Shown one piece after another: positions 57,029-64,000 of a stretch of 64,000 nucleotides of DNA (within the stretch, counting starts at the first letter, position 1; every line of letters begins with the position of its first letter). A program made the position numbers and the translations under genes. The notes beneath the pieces were generated by a model. That model was given only the letters and a program-made list of their open reading frames with translations. It had not been told where the DNA came from and did not search any database. Source of the stretch: an uncultured Macellibacteroides sp. (GTDB taxonomy: Bacteria; Bacteroidota; Bacteroidia; Bacteroidales; Tannerellaceae); assembly GCA_963667135.1 (NCBI GenBank), contig OY762974.1, forward strand, positions 3,545,054 to 3,609,053, given 5' to 3'.

Positions 57029-58147
57029 TTATATCATATCATTTAATTTTTGAGCTTGATATCTATTAGAAAAACCGGGAATTAACAAAGCTTCCCGTTC
57101 TGCGATGCTTGTTTCATGAAATGGTAATTCCATGCATTCTTTACAAGCCACTAACAGATCGTCCGGGTCTTCTGCAATACGGCACAGACTGTCAAGTCCG
57201 CTTCCTGCAAGCATCATGTGGTTTGCTACCACATGCCTTCCGGCATAAAGAGTATTCAGTAATTTAAGTTTTAAACCGGTATCCTGAAAGGTTACCAATA
57301 CATGAACCTGAGCATCCCTGACAAGTTGTTCCATGCGGTCTTCCGACGGACTAGCTTTCATCCGGATATTTGTATATTTACTTGCAGTCTGAATCAGCCT
57401 ATCGGTCGGATTCAATCCGGCGATCACACATGGATATTCAAGACGGCAGAACACATTTTCGATTAGATATAAGGCAGCCCGTTCGTTTTCGGGTACCGAC
57501 AAGTTTCCGTGATAAAGAAGGAAATCTGATTGGCCCGGAAGGATATTGATTTTTTCGTTTTTATGAAAGCAAGGGATAAACTCGACACGTTTGCCAGGAA
57601 ACTGTTTCCTTAAATAGGCAGTGTCGGTTTTAGATACAGCTATTATCAAATCTGCATGCTCCAGCGTATGTTGATAGGCTTTAAACTTTAGCATTTCTAT
57701 ATAAAAGAATACTTTTTTTATCAGGTTGTTTTCTGCTTTTGCAAGATGTTTGTAATAATGATGTTCAATATTGCATTCGCGAAATATTTTTTTGCGGTTG
57801 GCTAATACAGGTTCTGCCATCAAATAACATGAATGAAGCCCTTCGAAAAGAATAGGATAGTTGTTAGTAAGCAGATTCTCCAATAGCAAATTGCTTCTTC
57901 TGCTATTTACATTATAGGGTAACAGCGAAAAGTTGGCTGCCAGACCTGTATTTCTTTTGTAATAGAAAACTTCCTCGCACATGTTATTTAGCTCGGTTGT
58001 ATGTGCCCGTCCGTATTCAAAACAATGCAAATGTATTTTAACACCACACGTGTAAAGTGCACGCAGCTTGTAAAATATATCGATAACCCCGCCGTAATTG
58101 GCAGGATATGGAATATTCAATGCTATTATATTGAGATGTTTATCCAT
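57029..58147 (-). CDS. GT-B fold glycosyltransferase (GT4/GT1-like)
   Basis: 372 aa. The N-terminal NIPYPANYGG donor/acceptor loop is typical of GT4-like enzymes. An 8-nt overlap links it to the upstream gene. Confidence 0.75.
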   Translation of the reverse strand: MDKHLNIIALNIPYPANYGGVIDIFYKLRALYTCGVKIHLHCFEYGRAHTTELNNMCEEVFYYKRNTGLAANFSLLPYNVNSRRSNLLLENLLTNNYPILFEGLHSCYLMAEPVLANRKKIFRECNIEHHYYKHLAKAENNLIKKVFFYIEMLKFKAYQHTLEHADLIIAVSKTDTAYLRKQFPGKRVEFIPCFHKNEKINILPGQSDFLLYHGNLSVPENERAALYLIENVFCRLEYPCVIAGLNPTDRLIQTASKYTNIRMKASPSEDRMEQLVRDAQVHVLVTFQDTGLKLKLLNTLYAGRHVVANHMMLAGSGLDSLCRIAEDPDDLLVACKECMELPFHETSIAEREALLIPGFSNRYQAQKLNDMI

Positions 58148-59426
58148 TGTTTATCCGTTGCAGCTGTAATTCAGTAAAGAGCTCCATATACTGTAGGGCT
58201 TGTTCTTTACGGGAATATTTCTTTAACACTTCTTTGCGTACTTCAACCGAGGTATACCCGTTGGCTTTCCATTGGGTATAGTAATATTTGATGAAATCGT
58301 AGGCTTCGTCGGCATTACGGGCACTTCCTCCGGCATTGGCTTCGCGAATGGCAGCTTCCAGACAAGCTTCATCGCTACGAACGCAAAGCATAGGCTTTTC
58401 CACAGCCATAGCCTCAAATAGTTTGGTAGTCATAATTCCTTTCGGCCCGTTTGAAGAAGCAACATTAGCAAGCTGTAACAGAATAGAGCTTTTATTGAGA
58501 ATTGCTGGAATCATGGACGCTTCCACGTAGGGATAGAAATCCATGTAATCCCATAATCCGTAAAGATCTGCTTCGTCGGCCACCATATGTTCGGAATGCT
58601 TATCCATATACCATTTTACCCGAAACAGATCCGGGGTAATTATTCCTTCCGTATGAAGCCGCAATATGGCTTCGAACAGAGGGCGTGGATCTCTTATGGC
58701 AAAACTCAGCATTCTTCCGGTATAAGTAAGTGAAAACTCCTTAGTTGGGGTATGGTCCGGATAAAACAATTCCGGATCGTATCCGTTATATATGAGTTTT
58801 ACATTGGGATTGTATTTACGTAACAAATCAACATGCCAGGTAGAAACAGTTGTTATACAATCCACTTTTGGAAGTACTTTATTTCTTTCACTCAGAAGTT
58901 TTCGTGTAAATAGTTCTGTAAGCATCCGATCTGCCCAGGGAAATACCCTGCATTTGTTTGCTATATATTCTTTGCCTGCATATTGCTCAATTATATCCCG
59001 ATGATCGGCTACAAGAGGCAGATTAAACCGATCGGCAATTGTAAAAGCAGCGGGGAGCGGGAAGGTGCGGTAAGTACTGCACAAGACTGTTCCAAAATCA
59101 CCTTTTTGCACGATGCCTGAAGCCACCTTAACCATTTTTCTTTCTTTATAACTAAACAAATAATCGGCAGTTACTGTTGCAATCCATAAAAGCTTTTTTA
59201 GCAACTTGTTTTTAACCGGATAGAAATTTACATACGTAACTTCGCAGATTCCTTTTAGGAAATCAAAAGTATGTTCGTCGATATACTCGGTAACCACAAC
59301 TGGTTCCCATCCCGATTGTTTCATGTATTTGCATAGATAACCCATCCTCGGAGCAAACGCCGGAGGAAACATATCGCAAAGGATAAGTATCTTTTTAGAC
59401 AATTTGTCGTTTACTTGTTTATGCAT
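58140..59426 (-). CDS. GT-B fold glycosyltransferase (GT4-like)
   Basis: 428 aa. KILILCDMFPPAFAPRMGY N-terminal Rossmann half, and a C-terminal half with ..GIMTTKLFEAMAVEKP.. (E-x7-E-like region). Confidence 0.7.
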   Translation of the reverse strand: MHKQVNDKLSKKILILCDMFPPAFAPRMGYLCKYMKQSGWEPVVVTEYIDEHTFDFLKGICEVTYVNFYPVKNKLLKKLLWIATVTADYLFSYKERKMVKVASGIVQKGDFGTVLCSTYRTFPLPAAFTIADRFNLPLVADHRDIIEQYAGKEYIANKCRVFPWADRMLTELFTRKLLSERNKVLPKVDCITTVSTWHVDLLRKYNPNVKLIYNGYDPELFYPDHTPTKEFSLTYTGRMLSFAIRDPRPLFEAILRLHTEGIITPDLFRVKWYMDKHSEHMVADEADLYGLWDYMDFYPYVEASMIPAILNKSSILLQLANVASSNGPKGIMTTKLFEAMAVEKPMLCVRSDEACLEAAIREANAGGSARNADEAYDFIKYYYTQWKANGYTSVEVRKEVLKKYSRKEQALQYMELFTELQLQRINNG

Positions 59427-60771
59427 TTACTATCAGTGATTCTATTAGATTAGCGTAAAGTTTACGGAGCCATGGAACTGTGCGGGTGAGCTCTGGTGAA
59501 TCAGTCACCACATTGTTATGCCAGAGCAGTACAAGCTCGCCATGCGACTTTTTTACTCTTTGAATAAGCTCCAGGCAATAAGTTTGTGCTTCCTCGAACG
59601 ACATGTTCATGTATTTTTTATCAGCAAGAGAGCAATCCATTATGGTAAGTGGATGAAGTGTAAGTCCTGAAATCGATCCTGAAATGGGATCAATCCTTTT
59701 TACGGCCCGGCTTGTACCCAGGCGAAATCCGCTTACATCGGCATAACCCATGGTAAAGTCGTCTGTTATACCTGCCTTCTCAAGGGCATCCATATCTTTT
59801 GGTTCACGGGAAGAAAGATAATGATGTCGGTTCGATCTTACAGGTTTTATGATAGCCTGCTCAAGATTGTTTAGTTCATCAGAAATTAGATCGGGGTTTT
59901 TCCCTGCCTCGTAACTACTGTGCAGTCCAATTAGGGTTCCGTTGCTTATACAGTCTCTTAGTAGTTGTTGAATTGCTTCTGATTGAAGTTTGTAATGAGG
60001 TTTGTCGTGGCGCGTTTTTCCTCCCGCTCTTACGAAGAGGATGCTCTTACAGCGGTTACTTCCTACAATCAGTTGTAAAGATTTAGCCTGTTTATCCAGC
60101 CAGGGGAACGTATAAAAAGGATCCGACTTACTATCGCCCGTCATTATCCGGAGCGCTTTAACCAAACCTATGCCAAGAAAAGCTTCGCGTATTACATTTC
60201 GGATCGACTGGCAAAAGAAAGGCATATCCAAATCGTGTGTGAGATATATCTTTTTAATGACGTGAGGCGGTTCCGGAACGTCCATGCCGGCTTCGCGTAG
60301 CCATCTGCGGAGCAGTTTGCCGTATTCATCTACTATAGGTCTGCTTATAAATCCATTTCGGAAAGCAATCGATTCTTTTCCCAGAAATCTGCCGTGCGCG
60401 TCGCGAACAGAAGGACGAACCAATTCTTCATAACGGCTTAACATAAAGAATGCGCTGGCAATGATATCTGCATAGATTACCAACGTTTGACCCAGCCAGA
60501 CCGAATCGGGTTTTCCGTATAATAAAGGAACACCTTCTATTTGTTTTAAAGGTAATATGGGAAGGTTTGAAGGGGTGCCGTAAATCTTTTCATGAAAGAA
60601 TAGTGAAGGTGAAATAATGACACTAAAATGGGTATATTGATTTTTGTCTGAAGTATATCCTACGGAATCATATACCTCCTCAGGTACTTTTACGCCAATC
60701 AAAAAGCGGATAATATAGCTAATCGTCCTCTCATCAAGCTTAAACTTTGTCGTGATCATCTCTAGTATCAT
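59419..60771 (-). CDS. polysaccharide-deacetylase-like (CE4-related) protein with an extra N-terminal domain
   Basis: 450 aa. The LTHDLDMPF (TFDD-like) and GLHSSYEAG (H-S-x-x-H-like) blocks are spaced as in NodB/CE4 folds. The N-terminal ~170 aa are of unknown function (possibly DUF7033-like). Confidence 0.55.
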   Translation of the reverse strand: MILEMITTKFKLDERTISYIIRFLIGVKVPEEVYDSVGYTSDKNQYTHFSVIISPSLFFHEKIYGTPSNLPILPLKQIEGVPLLYGKPDSVWLGQTLVIYADIIASAFFMLSRYEELVRPSVRDAHGRFLGKESIAFRNGFISRPIVDEYGKLLRRWLREAGMDVPEPPHVIKKIYLTHDLDMPFFCQSIRNVIREAFLGIGLVKALRIMTGDSKSDPFYTFPWLDKQAKSLQLIVGSNRCKSILFVRAGGKTRHDKPHYKLQSEAIQQLLRDCISNGTLIGLHSSYEAGKNPDLISDELNNLEQAIIKPVRSNRHHYLSSREPKDMDALEKAGITDDFTMGYADVSGFRLGTSRAVKRIDPISGSISGLTLHPLTIMDCSLADKKYMNMSFEEAQTYCLELIQRVKKSHGELVLLWHNNVVTDSPELTRTVPWLRKLYANLIESLIVNA

Positions 60772-61732
60772 ATTGTTTGGTTACTACTTTAGCCAGTTTT
60801 AACCAGGCTTTGTATAGTAAACTAATATTGCCCCTGGTTATTGTAAAAAAGGGGGTCTGCATTGTACCAAATTTACGAAAATAGTGCTCAACACCCGCTA
60901 ACATTGATCCTTCAAAGTCGAAAGTGTCCGTTTTGTCTGAAACAAAATGAATGGCCTCCCATAAAACCAGACTGTATGCTCCCGATGATCTAAATTCCGG
61001 ATCGCCTCCTCCGGCCAAATAATAGGCGCAACCGGGATGCCATACAATAAACACAGCGGCATGCAATCTGCCCTTATCATCGTATCCTCCCCACAAGTCA
61101 CCCTGATTCCGTTCCCGGCATCGTGCAATAAGTTTCCTCAAAAGCCTGGGATCTCCTTTTACTGATAGCTTCTGACGCTCGTAACTTTGTGCATTAATCC
61201 GCATAAAATCCTCTATAGGAATTCCTTTTCTTACAGTTATACCCTCTTTATCCCTGGCATTTATGATATTACGACAGATATTTGAGCTCAGGTTCTTCCA
61301 TAATTGATCCTTATCGCCTATGTTTTTTAATAGATAAGAGTAACGTGTAGTCTGTTTGTATCCTGCCCAGTAAAAAGGAAGCCAATCAGTAATATCAGAA
61401 TGGAAGTTCTGTAAGAAATGAGGGTATTGTTCCAGCTTTTCTGTAAACACCTTGCAGCAGACTTGTCTGTGATTGAGTTTTTTTGAGTAGTTATCCGGCT
61501 CAAACTGCTTTGAAAACCACGGTCCCATGGTCTGGGTGTAACAGGGCATGGATATAATACCCTGATGGGGAATATATACCGGCATAGAAGCCACAATATT
61601 ATCTCCCTTTAAAACCAGCAAGACATCCCAGTATTTGCATCCACATACTTCATCCAGCCACCAGTCCTGGGAGAAGAGTGGTATAGTCGATTCCGTTGCG
61701 CAAAGCTTCCTGTATCTTTCTTTGTTGGTCAT
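60740..61732 (-). CDS. FemAB/Acetyltransf_6-like GNAT-fold acyl- or aminoacyl-transferase
   Basis: 330 aa from the ATG at 61732. The C-terminal block AYYLAGGGDPEFRSSGAYSLVLWEAIHF resembles the YLYG..S......N.LLQWEAI signature of FemX/FemAB and CelD/BcsL-like proteins. Confidence 0.6.
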   Translation of the reverse strand: MTNKERYRKLCATESTIPLFSQDWWLDEVCGCKYWDVLLVLKGDNIVASMPVYIPHQGIISMPCYTQTMGPWFSKQFEPDNYSKKLNHRQVCCKVFTEKLEQYPHFLQNFHSDITDWLPFYWAGYKQTTRYSYLLKNIGDKDQLWKNLSSNICRNIINARDKEGITVRKGIPIEDFMRINAQSYERQKLSVKGDPRLLRKLIARCRERNQGDLWGGYDDKGRLHAAVFIVWHPGCAYYLAGGGDPEFRSSGAYSLVLWEAIHFVSDKTDTFDFEGSMLAGVEHYFRKFGTMQTPFFTITRGNISLLYKAWLKLAKVVTKQYDTRDDHDKV

Positions 61733-61738
61733 ACTATT

Positions 61739-61781
61739 AAAAAATAACCTTGTTACTCCGAATAACGGAAATAACAAGGTT
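61739..61781 (-). terminator. terminator or attenuator after recA
   Basis: The minus-strand RNA pairs AACCUUGUUA with UAACAAGGUU. The 16-nt loop contains its own UCCG/CGGA mini-stem. AUUUUUU follows, and the next ATG (61732) is 9 nt downstream. Confidence 0.6.
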
Positions 61782-61817
61782 TTATTATTTATTCAGCTAA
61801 GAAAGGGCTGAATCTAA

Positions 61818-62855
61818 TTACTTAAGAGCATTCAAAATCAAACCAGCCACTTCTTCAGCCAATTCAGGATTGTCGGCCATAACCTGTTTGGAAGCATCGC
61901 GTCCTTGTGCAAGTTTGGTATCGTTATAGCTGTACCATGATCCACTCTTCTTTACAATATTTAAATCAGAGCCCAAATCAATGATTTCGCCTGTACGAGA
62001 GATACCCACACCAAACATGATGTCGAATTCAGCTTTACGGAAAGGAGGAGCCACTTTGTTCTTCACCACCTTTACACGAACCTGATTACCCTTTATTTCA
62101 TCACCATCCTTAAGCTGACCGATACGACGGATATCCAGACGTACAGATGCATAAAATTTAAGAGCATTACCTCCGGTGGTAGTTTCGGGATTACCGAACA
62201 TGACACCGATCTTGTCACGCAACTGGTTAATGAAAATACAAGTAGTATTTGTTTTGTTGATAGCAGCAGTCAGCTTACGTAAAGCCTGAGACATCAAACG
62301 AGCCTGAAGTCCCATCTTGCTGTCACCCATTTCGCCTTCAAGTTCGGCTTTTGGAGTAAGAGCGGCAACCGAGTCGATTACAATGATATCGATAGCAGAC
62401 GAACGAATCAGCTGTTCTGTAATCTCAAGGGCCTGTTCTCCGGAATCAGGTTGAGAGATATAGAGGTTTTCAACGTCTACACCTAACTTTTCGGCATAAA
62501 AGCGGTCGAAAGCATGTTCAGCATCAATAAAAGCGGCAATACCACCGGCTTTCTGAGCCTCAGCAATGGCATGAATAGCCAATGTTGTTTTACCAGAAGA
62601 CTCAGGGCCGTAGATTTCAATTACACGTCCACGAGGATATCCTCCAACGCCTAACGCCGCATCCAACCCAATAGAGCCAGAAGGAATCACACTGATTTCT
62701 TCCACAACATTATCGCCCATCTTCATAATAGAGCCTTTACCATAGCTCTTTTCTATTTTATCCATAGTAGCACGTAACGCCTTTAACTTTTCAGAGTTAG
62801 GTGCCTGTTTTTCGAAATTAATCTCCGATACTTTTTCTTTGTCTTTTTCAGCCAT
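61818..62855 (-). CDS. recA: recombinase RecA
   Basis: Walker A is [11 protein letters not shown], with FIDAEHA and the L1/L2 loops. The ATG at 62855 lies 4 nt after the bcp stop and is preferred over the ATG at 62885. Confidence 0.97.
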   Translation of the reverse strand: MAEKDKEKVSEINFEKQAPNSEKLKALRATMDKIEKSYGKGSIMKMGDNVVEEISVIPSGSIGLDAALGVGGYPRGRVIEIYGPESSGKTTLAIHAIAEAQKAGGIAAFIDAEHAFDRFYAEKLGVDVENLYISQPDSGEQALEITEQLIRSSAIDIIVIDSVAALTPKAELEGEMGDSKMGLQARLMSQALRKLTAAINKTNTTCIFINQLRDKIGVMFGNPETTTGGNALKFYASVRLDIRRIGQLKDGDEIKGNQVRVKVVKNKVAPPFRKAEFDIMFGVGISRTGEIIDLGSDLNIVKKSGSWYSYNDTKLAQGRDASKQVMADNPELAEEVAGLILNALK

Positions 62856-62859
62856 CGTA

Positions 62860-63318
62860 TTATTTATTAAGGATTTGATTTGCATGGTCTTTTGTGTTCA
62901 CCTCTTTGGAATCGATGATACGCTCGATAATTCCATCCTCATTAATGATAAAGGTAGTACGGGCAGTCCCCATGTATTTACGTCCGTACATTGATTTTTC
63001 CTGCCACACACCAAAGGCCTGGTTCAGGGTTGTATCTGTGTCTGCAATCAGATTAAAAGGCAGGCTCTGTTTGTTAATAAAGCCCTGGTGCGACTTGGCA
63101 CTGTCTTTACTTACGCCTACAACTTCGTATCCGGCAGCTCTTAGCTGTTCGTATCCATCGCGCAGACTACAGGCCTGGGCCGTACATCCGGATGTGCTGT
63201 CTTTGGGATAGAAATAAAGAGCCAGCTTCTTTCCATTGAAGCTGCTCAGTTTTATTTCATTTCCGTTTTGGTCTGTACCCAGTATTTCGGGAGCTTTATC
63301 GCCAACAGTTAGTGCCAT
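62860..63318 (-). CDS. bcp: thioredoxin-dependent thiol peroxidase (Bcp/PrxQ-type peroxiredoxin)
   Basis: 152 aa. Contains [16 protein letters not shown], with the peroxidatic Cys in the PxxxTxxC context. Confidence 0.92.
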   Translation of the reverse strand: MALTVGDKAPEILGTDQNGNEIKLSSFNGKKLALYFYPKDSTSGCTAQACSLRDGYEQLRAAGYEVVGVSKDSAKSHQGFINKQSLPFNLIADTDTTLNQAFGVWQEKSMYGRKYMGTARTTFIINEDGIIERIIDSKEVNTKDHANQILNK

Positions 63319-63320
63319 AC

Positions 63321-64000
63321 TTATAGTTCCAGGTCAATGTTAAACAATTCGTGCCAAGGCAATCCCTGTTCGTTCAATTCCTTCATGAATGGATCCGGAT
63401 TGAATTCTTCCACGTTATAAACACCCGGTTTACGCCAGATACCCTGCATAAACAGCTTAGCGCCAATCATAGCCGGAACACCTGTAGTATAGCTAACACC
63501 CTGCGCACCTGTTTCTTCGTAGGCAGCTTTGTGACTGCAGTTATTGTATACGTAATACGTGATTTCTTTTCCGTCTTTCAAACCACGGATACGACAACCG
63601 ATAGACGTTTCGCCTGTATAGTTTTCGCCCAGTTCACCCGGATCAGGAAGAACCGCCTTTAGGAATTGAATAGGAACAATCTCCATGCCGTTATACATGA
63701 TAGGATCGATACGAGACATACCGATGTTTTGGATAACACGCAGGTGAGTAAGGTATTCTTGTCCGAAGGTCATCCAGAAACGAGCCCGTTTGATTGTCGG
63801 GAAGTTCTTTGTAAGCGACTCCAGCTCTTCGTGGTGTAACAAGTACGACTCACGCGGGCCAATATTAGGGTAATTCAACGGCTTGTGAATCTCCTGAGGT
63901 TCAGTTTCCACCCATTGTCCGTTTTCCCAATACTTACCTTTCTGAGTAATCTCACGAATATTGATTTCCGGATTAAAGTTGGTGGCAAATGCCTTGTGAT
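63321..64000 (-). CDS. saccharopine dehydrogenase family protein (carboxynorspermidine-dehydrogenase-like), C-terminal part; 5' end lies outside the window
   Basis: The frame is open to the window edge (..HKAFATNFNPEINIREITQKGKYWENGQWVETEPQ..). The C-terminal Sacchrp_dh_C-like blocks are GAQGVSYTTGVPAMIGA. Confidence 0.8.
   Translation of the reverse strand, partial: HKAFATNFNPEINIREITQKGKYWENGQWVETEPQEIHKPLNYPNIGPRESYLLHHEELESLTKNFPTIKRARFWMTFGQEYLTHLRVIQNIGMSRIDPIMYNGMEIVPIQFLKAVLPDPGELGENYTGETSIGCRIRGLKDGKEITYYVYNNCSHKAAYEETGAQGVSYTTGVPAMIGAKLFMQGIWRKPGVYNVEEFNPDPFMKELNEQGLPWHELFNIDLEL

Noticed and set aside
1-64000. Search for CRISPR arrays, tRNA/rRNA genes, IS elements, integrases, toxin-antitoxin pairs or known defence genes
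   Set aside because: I found no regularly spaced direct repeats, no tRNA T-arm-like GGTTCGAATCC contexts, and no transposase, integrase or nuclease-ATPase signatures in any of the listed ORFs. The window reads as core chromosome.
51700-64000. Impression that the right-hand ~12 kb is more GC-rich than the left part, which could indicate a horizontally acquired island
   Set aside because: I cannot compute composition reliably by eye. The region contains core genes (kdsB, recA, bcp) and has no mobility genes or flanking repeats. It would need a sliding-window GC and codon-usage calculation to pursue.

Overview
This looks like a chromosomal, mostly housekeeping window from a Bacteroidota (Bacteroidales-like) genome. 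Three things point there. The TAnnTTTG -7 promoter motif sits upstream of about 18 transcription units. There is a hybrid two-component regulator with an AraC output. Rho carries a very long disordered N-terminal insert. I support 50 protein-coding genes. They include ruvX-def, an acyl-CoA carboxyltransferase with a small biotin carrier, thrS-infC-rpmI-rplT, msrA, uraA, a GH78 rhamnosidase, aspS, a Nif3 protein, a zinc-ribbon protein, tilS and rho. They also include an HTCS with a PA14-containing GH31, murB, nth, pheS, glpD-glpK-glpF, an ADP-forming acyl-CoA synthetase, an orphan histidine kinase with a GNAT, and a 7-gene V-type ATPase operon. The right end holds kdsB, a CPA2 antiporter, and a saccharopine-dehydrogenase-bcp-recA operon. 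I saw no rRNA, tRNA, CRISPR array, transposase, integrase or recognisable defence genes. Most worth a second look: (1) a tightly coupled 5-gene glycoside-tailoring operon (FemAB-like, deacetylase-like, 2 GT, SAM-MT) starting 9 nt after the recA terminator. (2) A promoter-to-terminator structured ncRNA convergent with rplT, fitting the description of the Bacteroidales-1 motif. (3) A 590-bp convergent intergenic region packed with perfect palindromes and a ~150-nt long hairpin element. (4) Three palindromic sites phased exactly 22 bp apart downstream of nth. (5) A ~160-nt rho leader carrying a 42-codon uORF. All functional calls come from reading motifs by eye. No searches were run.
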